From Tubiluchus corallicola (lineage: Eukaryota; Animalia; Priapulida): DNA of 64,000 nucleotides. The notes below the pieces were generated by a model. It was not told the DNA's origin. It made no database searches and was given only the letters and a program-made list of their open reading frames with translations. Below, in pieces: positions 44,001 through 56,000 of this stretch; positions within the stretch are counted from its first letter, which is position 1; each line of letters opens with the position of its first letter. The stretch is from positions 1 to 64,000 of the forward strand of contig JAQGDQ010000173.1 in the NCBI GenBank assembly GCA_030141605.1, given 5' to 3'. A program made the position numbers and the translations under genes.

Positions 44001-47000
44001 TGTACATCACTGGATTTATGTGGTTCGTGTTGAGTTTGGTCAAAACTCATTATTTGCGACAATTTTCCCTGGTAAGTTCTCAGACAAATACACTTGTGTG
44101 CAGGGCCGGATTATGACCTTTCAGGGCCCTAGATTAGTGAAAGTATAACCTCCTCGGATGGAGCCACCCCGTAACGGGCACATAGGATAAACAAGATGAT
44201 AAACAGACATGGACTGAGGTCCATCATTTATAGCTATGGCCTCAAACTGGGGCCCCTTATCTCAAATAAAGAGCCTCAAACAAAAACCATGTATCTCAAA
44301 TAAAGGGCCTCAAACAAAAACCTTTTATCTCAAATAAAGGGCCTCAAACAAAAACCATTTATCTCAAATAAAGGGCCACAAACAAAAACCATTTATCTCA
44401 AATAAAGGGCCACAAACAAAAACCATTTATCTCAAATAAAGGGCCTCAAACAAAAACCATTTATCTCAAATAAAGGGCCTCAAACAAAAACCATGTATCT
44501 CAAATAAAGGGCCACAAACAAAAACCATTTATCTCAAATAAAGGGCCACAAACAAAAACATTTTATCTCAAATAAAGGGCCACAAATAAAAACCATTTAT
44601 CTCAAATAAAGGGCCTCAAACAAAAACCATTTATCTCAAATAAAGGGCCACAAACAAAAAACATTTATCTCAAATAAAGGCCCACAAACAAAAACCAGTT
44701 ATCTCAAATAAAGGCCCACAAACAAAAACCAGTTATCTCAAATAAAGGGCCACAAACAAAAAACATTTATCTCAAATAAAGGCCCACAAACAAAAACCAG
44801 TTATCTCAAATAAAGGCCCGCAAACAAAAACCAGTTATCTCAAGTAAATGCCCGCAAACAAAAACCAGTTATCTCAAATAAAGGGCCTCAAACAAAAACC
44901 ATAACCATGTATCTCAAATAAAGGGCCTCAAACAAAAACCTTTTATCTCAAATAAAGGGCCTCAAAGAAAAACCTTTTATCTCAAATAAAGGGCCTCAAA
45001 CAAAAACCATTTATCTCAAATAAAGGGCCACAAACAAAAACCATTTCTCTCAAATAAAGGGCCACAAATAAAAACCATTTATCTCAAATAAAGGGCTACA
45101 AATAAAAACCATTTATCTCAAATAAAGGGCCACAATCAAAAACCATTTATCTCAAATAAAGGGCCTCAAACGTCCCACTTTTTTAAATTGGGTTTTCAGA
45201 TTCATGAAATTCCTTCCTTTTTTACGTTCAAATTTTATTTTAAGTTAAATGAATTATTCAACAATGCAAATAATAATGTATTTCAAAAACGAATATATTT
45301 GACAGTCTTTTAGTAGGGCCTCTCAAGCTTGTGGGGTCTTAACCTGAAAGGTAATCCAGCCCTGCTGTGTGTTTATTGTAAAAAGACAAAAACAGTGCAA
45401 AGATTTATTCTTACTGTAACTGTTAAGTGTATGGATTAAATATTAGATGGTGACTGGCCTTTATTTACCAACCAGTTTAAGCTAACGCTGATGCTGGTTT
45501 GAAATATCTTTTCAAATTTGTGTGAAATGGGTTCGTTCAAACTGGTGAGTGAAGACTCCATTTTGACAGTGAGATATTTCTACAGAACTGTATGAAGTTG
45601 CGCTACATATGCATACTATTTTTGTTTTACAGTTTGCATGGACACATGTGACACTTGTAATTGTTGTGTCACAGTCACACTTGATAATTCAAAACATCTT
45701 CAATGGTTTAGTGTGGTAAGTTTTACCTGTTGTTTGCTGAGTACATTTGCCTGCTAAACGACAATACAGAAGGTACCGCTTAATAGACTCACTTTGGGAC
45801 TGAAGTGTTTTGACCCAATTAACCGACTGAACCTATTAACCGATGGGTGTAGTATTACTGGCATAGAAGTATGAGTCAACAGCTTACTATGCACTGCAAA
45901 GGTTTTTAATGAATTTTAATGAATCTGATGTTGTATGATGCATAAATTTTCATAAAATATTTAGTACTTGGCGTGCTTAAACTGTTAGTGGTGCCCGTGT
46001 TTCCCCGCAAGTAGCTTCGTCTGCAGTTTTGCCTAAGCTCACGCTTGCTATAATTGTGACATACTTACTGTACTGTTACCTGCATCGCTGGCATAACAGC
46101 AACATCTAACTGATTCCAACTGATTTTTGGCAAAGATAGTCGGGGCTTCAAAAGCAAATTGCTAAGCAAGTGATTAAATGTTTAGCTTCCAAGAATTCTT
46201 GGGTAACGAGGTTAATTGCAGTGGACGGGCGGGTCGAAGCAAACCATTAGGCTAGCACATTAGTGGTGTGATAAACGTTCCTGCTTATAAACAAAACGGT
46301 ACTTAACACTCACTAACGTGATTGTTTCTATGCATATTATAGGACAAAAAATAAACTAAGATGATATAAAAGCTTATTAGTCACAGGAAAGTGTCTTATT
46401 GAATCATGTGAAGCAAAAATATTGAGTCAATTATGCGGAGTTGTTTGAGTCGATTACCGACAGTTTTTATGTACACTTGAATAGAAGCGGCCTGTACCAG
46501 GCGTTTTTGAGTCAGTTAAGCGATTGGGTCTATTAACCGTGAGTCTATTAAGCGGCACCTACTGTATATTTGAATAGAATTGGCCCGTTCCAGGTGTTTT
46601 TGAGTCAATTAAGCGATTGAGTCTATTAACCATGAGTCAATTATGCAGAGTTATTTGAGTCAATTACCGACAGTTTTCATGTACATTTGAATAGAAGCGG
46701 CCTGTACCAGGCGTTTTTGAGTCAGTTAAGCGATTGAGTCTATTAACCGTGAGTCTATTAAGCGGCACCTACTGTATATTTGAATAGAATTGGCCCGTTC
46801 CAGGTGTTTTTGAGTCAATTAAGCGATTGAGTCTATTAACCATGAGTCAATTATGCAGAGTTATTTGAGTCAATTACCGACAGTTTTCATGTACATTTGA
46901 ATAGAAGCGGCCTGTACCAGGCGTTTTTGAGTCAGTTAAGCGATTGAGTCTATTAACCGTGAGTCTATTGAGTGGCACCTACTGTATGTGAATTTGTGCA

Positions 47001-50000
47001 TCTAGTTATTTGCATTATGATTATCTAGTAGATTTGTCTGAGTGATTATAAAATTTCAGCAAATGTTAATTGGAGGATTCATATGAAAATAGAAATGTGC
47101 TTCCATTGTACTCGAAGCATGGACAGTCATTTAGCACCAAAGGCTGTGGCTATTTTCTGTTAAAACCGATAAAACCAGCAGCTACAAATACATTTTTGGA
47201 GAGTGTGTTCTCAGTGTACATGAAAACAATAAGATTTTTTATTTTAAAAAGGTTGAATTTAAATGTTTAGGTTTTTAATGCCAGTGTCTATGATAATCTG
47301 CAATGACATTATGGCCTATATGTTTGGATTCTTCTTTGGCAAGACACCATTAATCAAATTGTCTCCTAAGAAAACCTGGGAAGGCTTCATTGGTGGAATG
47401 TTTTCTACGGTTATTTTTGGCTGGTTTGTAAGTATGATCAGCGTTGTGTTTTGTCTTCGATTTTTCAGTCATTGTGTTGTAGTCATTATTTTTGTTTAGC
47501 TAGACCATATTAGTAAAGCAATTATAGTTGTTATACCATTCCTCTGAGAAATTGGTACACAGCCATATGTCCTGCTCTTGTTTCATTGATTTTGAAGATA
47601 AACATGAATTTTTTTATTAGTTTATTATTATTATTACATTCAGTACAATATAATAACATTAAGCACACAGTGACATCAAAATTATTACATCTACTGTATT
47701 AAATTGTTATGTTTCATACACTATCGTTATCATAAAAGAATAATTGTACTGCAGTGGGCTAGAGAAGCAAAGGCTTGTATAAGCCCACTGTCATGTGAAC
47801 CCGATAAAAAAAGAATGGATGAGTGAACAAAAAAGAACTGGGAGAAAGGTTAGATCACACAGGAAGGGTAGAAGGATGTGTTAGTGGAAATGGTAGGAAG
47901 AAAGATAATAGATTGCGCTATGTTGACATCAGCTCTAAAGATTTATCAGTGATGCCTTGTTTTGCACAATCTGTACCAGGATTGTGGTATGACTGCTGCA
48001 GTAGGTGTGGGAAATTAAGAAGTGTTGTACTTGTTGAGAATCATTGCTCTGTATTTCTTTTTAAATTTTTGAATTGGCTGAACAGTTTTTAATGCATCAT
48101 TTATGTCATTCCAAAGCCTTGGACCAACATTTGCAATGAATTGCCGTGCCACGTCTGTTCTACAGAAATTTGCGATAAACTCATTCATTCTGGTTGCGTA
48201 ACGCTGATTATTTGGTTAAAATAATTAAAATAATAATAAATTAAAATGCTAATTAAAATAAATCAGGATTTGCAATCTAATTGTGGCTACACGACCGCTG
48301 TTGCAGTCTAATTTTCCATCAAGATTACACTTACTTGTATGTTATACTTATTCAGTATATTTATAACATGTTTTATGTCATGTAGTTAGCCATCCTCTTG
48401 GTAAAATGGGATTACTTCGTGTGCCCTGTTGATTTTTCCGATGGACACCTGAACATGACATGCGAAAGAATTTCTACATTTAAGTTACAAGAGTATTTCT
48501 TCCCGGGACCTATTCAGGCATTATGCACAGTGGTAAGTATCGTCACGATTTTTAATTTGAAACTTTTGATTAAACACGATCGTCAAAGACTGTTTGTCAT
48601 AGTAGAGTGGGCAAATTTGTTAAGCAGGTCTAGTTCCCATTGTGCTGAAGAATTTGCTCTTGTTGTGTGTACCATGCTGTGAATTGGCCTCAGCTCAAAA
48701 AGTGTTACGTATACTCATCTGAACATGGTTTTTTATTGTGTTAGTGAATTATCGTTGTGTACTCTAGTTTTTTTACACGAAGGATCTGATTAATTGATTG
48801 GTTTATTCAAACTAAGGATTTGATTAATTGATTGGTTTATTCAAACTAAGGATCTGATTAATTGATTGGTTTATTCAAACTAAGGATCTGATTAATTGAT
48901 TGGTTTATTCAAACTAAGGATCTGATTAATTGCTTGGTTTATTCAAACTAAAGGAACTGATTAATTGATTGGTTTATTCAAACTAAGGAACTGATTAATT
49001 GATTGGTTTATTCAAACTAAGGATCTGATTAATTGATTGATTTATTCAAACTAAGGAACTGATTAATTGATTGGTTTATTCAAACTAAGGATCTGATTAA
49101 TTGATTGATTTATTCAAACTAAGGATCTGATTAATTGATTGGTTTATTCAAACTAAGGAACTGATTAATTGATTGGTTTATTCAAACTAAGGATCTGATT
49201 AATTGATTGGTTTATTCAAACTAAGGATCTGATTGATTGATTGGTTTATTCAAACTAAGGATCTGATTGATTGATTGGTTTATTTGCTCTGTGGAAAACA
49301 CAGTAATGTTGGCATTGTTGAACATTGTTAAGAAACGAGTGTGAACATGAAAGTGAACATTATAACGACAAATCAAAATGAAAACAGATTCTATGTTCTC
49401 CATACCAGTTTTATTTCTGTGTTGCTTGTTATAAACTTAGCCATCCAAACGTTAAATTAACCGCTTTATATCACCCACTTTGGGGCTCCAGAAAAACTTG
49501 GTGTGAAGGGAGTTTGGTGGGTGCATTAATACATACATCTTCTTCTTCCCAACTTTTCCCTATTCGGGGTCGCTGTTGTGAATGAGTCTTCTCCATGCAT
49601 TCCTGTTGTTGACCATCTCTTCATTTATGTCTTCAATTCCCACAAGATCTTCACCGACTGTTCTTTTCAGGTGTCCATACCATCGCAACCTTGCGAGGCT
49701 TCCACTACTTTTACTGTTCCTCTGATATTATTATTTCTAATTTTATCTCTTCTTGTTATTCCCATCATTCATCTCAACATCCTCATCTCCACCACATCCA
49801 TTTTCTTCTCTTCGGTCTTCTTTAGAGAAGCTGCTTCCAGCCCATAGATTAGAGCGGGTCTGACCACTTCTTTGTGGACTTTACCTTTAAGTCTCACCGA
49901 CTCATTCATAGAAGGTTTTGGTGCAGTTTTTACAGGCGGATGCCCTTCCTGACCCTAACCCTCCCTATTTATCTGGGCTTGGGACCAGCACTGAGTCGGG

Positions 50001-53000
50001 CTAGCTTGCCCCCCCCCCCCCAGTGGCTAGGTTGCATTAATACATACATGTCTATGCAAATACAGACATTTTGTTTTGCAAAAATTTGTCATTAATCGAG
50101 GTTGGCATTATAAAGGATGACGTTATAACGAGGTTTGGCTGCATATGCATGCATAGCTACACTCTTGTACTTTATATGTTCGAACACGTAAATCATTTTC
50201 TGATTTTAAATATGTGTAGTGTTACAATATGTCTCGGCGATTTTGTCGTATTTTAAATTTCTTAACACTACGGGAAGTCAGGCTGCTATATTATATTTAA
50301 TGTAAATATGCTTTATTTATTGTAATAATTCAAAGCAATGTGTTTTACTTTTTTGTAGCTGAAGATGCCAGGGAGTATTCGTCTGTATCCATTCCAGCTT
50401 CATACAATTAGCATGAGTTTGTTTGCATCTGTAATTGGTCCATTTGGTGGCTTCTTTGCCAGTGGTTTTAAAAGAGCATTTAAAATCAAAGTAAGTATGT
50501 TTAACACATAGCGTCACAGCAGCAAGTATGTTTAACGCATAGCGTCACAGCAGTATGTTTAACACATAGCGTCACAGCAGCAAGTATGTTTAACACATAG
50601 CGTCACAGCAGTAAGTATGTTTAACGCATAGCGTCAGAGCAGTAAGTATGTTTAACACATAGCGTCACAGCAGCAAGTATGTTTAACACATAGCGTCACA
50701 GCAGTAAGTATGTTTAACACATAGCGTCACAGCAGCAAGTATGTTTAACACATAGCGTCACAGCAGCAAGTATGTTTAACACATAGCGTCACAGCAGTAA
50801 GTATGTTTAACGCATAGCGTCAGAGCAGTAAGTATGTTTAACACATAGCGTCACAGCAGCAAGTATGTTTAACACATAGCGTCAGAGCAGTAAGTATGTT
50901 TAACACATAGCGTCACAGCAGCAAGTATGTTTAACGCATAGCGTCACAGCAGTATGTTTAACACATAGCGTCACAGCAGCAAGTATGTTTAACACATAGC
51001 GTCACAGCAGTAAGTATGTTTAACGCATAGCGTCAGAGCAGTAAGTATGTTTAACACATAGCGTCACAGCAGTAAGTATGTTTAACGCATAGCGTCACAG
51101 CAGTAAGTATGTTTAACACATAGCGTCACAGCAGTATGTTTAACACATAGCGTCACAGCAGCAAGTATGTTTAACACATAGCGTCACAGCAGTATGTTTA
51201 ACACATAGCGTCACAGCAGCAAGTATGTTTAACACATAGCGTCACAGCAGCAAGTATGTTTAACACATAGCGTCACAGCAGTAAGTATGTTTAACGCATA
51301 GCGTCACAGCAGTAAGTATGTTTAACACATAGCGTCACAGCAGCAAGTATGTTTAATACATAGCGTCACAGCAGCAAGTATGTTTAACACATAGCGTCAC
51401 AGCAGTAAGTATGTTTAACACAGCGTCACTGCAGTAAGTATGTTTAACACATAGCGTCACAGCAGTAATTATGTTTAACACATAGCGTCACAGCAGCAAG
51501 TATGTTTAACACATAGCGTCACAGCAGCAAGTATGTTTAACACATAGCGTCACAGCGGTAAGTATGTTTAACACATAGCGTCACTGCAGTAAGTACGTTT
51601 AACACATAGCGTCACAGCAGTAATTATGTTTAACACATAGCGTCACAGCAGTAAGTATGTTTAACACATAGCGTCACTGCAGTAAGTATGTTTAACACAT
51701 AGCGTCACAGCAGTAATTATGTTTAACACATAGCGTCACAGCAGCAAGTATGTTTAACGCATAGCGTCACAGCAGCAAGTATGTTTAACACATAGCGTCA
51801 CAGCAGTAAATATGTTTAACACATAGCATCACTGCAGTAAGTATGTTTAACACATAACGTCACTGCAGTAAGTATGTTTAACGCATAGCGTCACAGCAGT
51901 AATTATGTTTAACGCATAGCGTCACAGCAGTAAATATGTTTAACGCATAGCGTCACTGCAGTAAGTATGTTTAACGCATAGCGTCACTGCAGTAAGTATG
52001 TTTAACGCATAGCGTCACAGCAGTAAGTATGTTTAACGCATAGCGTCACAGCAGTAAGCATGTTTAACACATAGCGTCACAGCAGTAATTATGTTTAACG
52101 CATAGCGTCACAGCAGCAAGTATGTTTAATGCATAGCGTCACAGCAGCAAGTATGTTTAACACATAGTGTCACAGCAGTAAATATGTTTAACACATAGCG
52201 TCACTGCTGTAAGTTTGTTTAACACATAGCATCACTGCAGTAAGTATGTTTAACACATAGCGTCACAGCAGTAAGTATGTTTAACTCATAGCGTTACAGC
52301 AGTAAGTATGTTTAACGCATAGCGTCATAGCAGTAAATATGTTTAACACATAGCGTCACTGCAGTAAGTATGTTTAACACATAGCGTCACTGCAGTAAGT
52401 ATGTTTAACACATAGCGTCACAGCAGTAAATATGTTTAACACATAGCGTCACTGCAGTGAGTATGTTTAACGCATAGTGTCACAGCAGTAAGTATGTATA
52501 ACACATAGCGTCACAGCAGTTGAGTTTCCTTACTCTCTTGTTACATCTTATGACAGTCATTAAATCAGGAGTAATCATTAATTTTGAGTTGATTAAGATA
52601 ATGTGTAACGTTTTGTTTTTGAGAACCTTACATCTTTGTATTAATCTTCTAATTTGATTAAGAATGTTTAACTTAAAGTGTAGTTGAGTAGTATGGCCAA
52701 ATCACTCTGAAAACACCGGTTCTCGTCTGATCACCGCAGTTAAGCAACATAGAGTCTGGTTAGTACTTGGATGGGTGACCGCCTAGGAATACCAGATGCT
52801 GTAGGCTTGCGGAATGCCCACACTGTATCTCGACACTAGGCGGAGGAGCTGCACAAGCAGCCAACGGCTAGAGGGCGGAGGAGGTCAAGTGACCCAACGG
52901 CCATGTGTAGAGGAGTAAACCTTGCAAATCAGGAGTGGAGCCCCGAAGGCGGACGAGTGCAGCATGCTCACTGGCTACGGCAGCTCCTGCAGCCAACCTG

Positions 53001-56000
53001 GTGCCAAACGTATCGCTCCGCTTTCCTTTGGACTACACCAGGGAGGAAGAGATGGGGTTCCTGTTGTCTTGGCAATGCTAAAATAACTGCTTCAGAAACC
53101 TTTTAGCCATTGTTTTAATGCTGTGTAAAACGAAACAAACTTATGTAATTTTAATGTTGTCATTTGTAATTCTAATTTCAAACAAACAAACGTAAGAAAA
53201 TTTATATGTAAACTTGATAAAATCCTAAAAACGAAAAATACTGTTTGCTTACAAATGGGATAAAGTGTCACAGTTTGAGAATATGCCGTTATACAGCTTT
53301 TAAGCACGTGACAACAACACACGCTGCATGAGCGATTGTACAATTTGTACCTAAAGTACAGCGTCTCATCTCAGATATGTGCTCAACGTTACTTTACCTG
53401 AGCTTTGAGTGCACTGTGCTCTAGCCTAACTACATATAGGTTAACTAAGGCTCCAGAATTGTGGGTACAGTGGGAGAATCCGTCAGCTTGCTACGAGAAA
53501 TAGAGTGGCTTGTCAACTAACATTGATAAAAACATTTTAGTCACCCTCCAGGGAGGAAGGCGGATCCAGTATTGTGGGTATAGTGGGAGAATCCGTCAGC
53601 TTGCTACGAGAAATAGAGTGGCTTGTCAACTAACATTGATAAAAACATTTTAGTCACCCTCCAGGGAGGAAGGCGGATCCAGTATTGTGGGTATAGTGGG
53701 AGAATCCGTCAGCTTGCTATGAGAAATAGAGTGGCTTGTCAACTAACATTGATAAAAACATTTTAGTCACCCTCCAGGGAGGAAGGCGGATCCAGTATTG
53801 TGGGTATAGTGGGAGAATCCGTCAGCTTGCTATGAGAAATAGAGTGGCTTGTCAACTAACATTGATAAAAACATTTTAGTCACCCTCCAGAGAGGATGGC
53901 GGATCCAGTATTGTGGGTATAGTGGGAGAATCCGTCAGCTTGCTATGAGAAATAGAGTGGCTTGTCAACTAACATTGATAAAAACATTTTAGTCACCCTC
54001 CAGGGAGGAAGGCGGATTCAGTATGGTGGGTATAGTGGGAGAATCCGTCAGCTTGCTATGAGAAATAGAGTGGCTTGTCAACTAACATTGACAAAAACAT
54101 TTTAGTCCCCCTCCAGGGAGGAAGGCAGATTCAGTATGGTGGGTATAAGTAGAAGAATTTGAGTCAACTCAGTGCAAGGACTTAATGACCGGTCAACTAT
54201 TTCCTGCTCTCCCAGGGAGGGTTGACTCATTCATTACATCATTCCATTTTAAGCACTAATGTTTTTTATCATACGATTCACTTTAAATTTTTAGATTATT
54301 TTCATTACTTTTTTCTATCACTGTGTGGGACAATCTAACAAGCCCTGCTTTTTGATTGCCCGCAGCACATTTACATTTCTATATAGGTGAACAGTGTTTG
54401 AGGCTTTTCCTGTGCAGTATTTCTTATTTGTATTATGTTCATTGTAGGCCCTTTTACTAGATATTGTACATGAAACTATTGTAAATGTGTATGGTGAAAT
54501 AAATGACTTATGACTTAACAATAGTGACTATAGTGTTATAAAGGCAGGTTTGTCCTGCAAAATGTCAAGTGTAATGTTAGACGATGGGTCAGAATTTTTG
54601 GACGACGGCATTTAGTGACCCTTGGACAAATACAAAAATTGCCAACTGTTGCGGAAAATGCCGGCTGTGCAAAATTTGTACGTGAAAACTGTTTGACCAT
54701 ATTTGACCAGGAAGCAGAACTGGGAAATTACAGCTCTTTGCATATGAGAATTTGTGAACCAAATTTGGTCAAAAAGCCTCAAACACTTATGTAGCTCTTT
54801 GTCAAATGTCAAAGACTCTCTAGGTGACAATTATTAGACTCAGAGGATCTACAGCATTTTCGATGTTCTGCATTTATTCAACTTACTTATTTTGATGCAG
54901 TATGAAAAATAAAGCCCTTTTATAAGATTTGAAAACCTACAAAATCGAAGTCATCATGTTCTGAGAGGAAATTGTATTTTAATGTTCTAGGATTTTGGTG
55001 ACTTAATACCTGGGCATGGTGGCATGATGGACCGATTTGATTGTCAGTTACTGATGGCAACTTTTGTGCACACTTACCACTTCACATTTATTAGGTAATG
55101 AAAATTCTGTTTTATGGAAGTCACTCGCTTAGTTTACGTATCTAGGTGATTTAGTTACAGTTACATTTAGTTCATATATATATGTTACAGTGTTGCATAA
55201 AAGTCAGATTAGTCATGTTTGTAAGAACTCAGTGAGTAAGAAAAGTCGAGTAGAATCTTGCAGTTATTTTCCAATATGCAAACTATAAATTTGTTGACAG
55301 TAAATTTGCACTAAATTACTCCATAGATGTGAAATTTTCAGTTTATACTTGTCGCACTGTATGTTTATATAGGGTTACCGTACGTCCGGGTTTCCCCGGA
55401 CACATCCTCTTTTTGTGCCTCTGTCCGCGCAGGTTTTCAAAAAATTGACAGTTTGTACGTGTTTTGCCTCAATCCGTAAGTATGTACGGACGTTGCCAAC
55501 TGCAGTGGTGTACGACAGTACAAGACAAAGAAAAGCTCATTAATTGTCAATACAAGATGTTGCTAACATCTCAAAATGCAATCCTTGTAAAAGCTTTGTG
55601 TACATATTTACTGAACAAAAGTAAGCGATGCGCACATCACTATGGGTCACACGACTCACACCGCTGTCGTTACTCGGCGCGTTCGCTAACGACTTAAAAT
55701 GACGTCAGCTTCCAGGAGCCATTTTGTTTGTTTTATGTAAATTTCTTTAAATTTTTATATTTTCGCTGTTTTGCAGTTTTGAGCAACTGGTAAAAGTTAA
55801 TTAGAAAGTAGCAATGCCGAAACATCAGTGTGCATTTACAGTGCAGTTAAAGTATCCTTTTTTTCAACTCCGACAATATGGTAACCCTTTGTTTATACTT
55901 GTTCTACTTGTCAGTTTATACTTTCGCACACACAAGCAATAAGAAAATGCACTTTCTAACATAACGTAGTGGTGTCATCTAAAATTTGAATCCTGGATTA

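Noticed and set aside
52689-52808. Functional 5S rRNA gene
   Set aside because: 5' helix I bases diverged, no oligo-T terminator, and a single intronic copy fused to other sequence
52781-52870. HDV-like ribozyme after the 5S head
   Set aside because: GCCTAG/CTAGGC-GG and a hairpin-CAA are present, but L3 (ATCTCG) and P2 do not fit the nested pseudoknot
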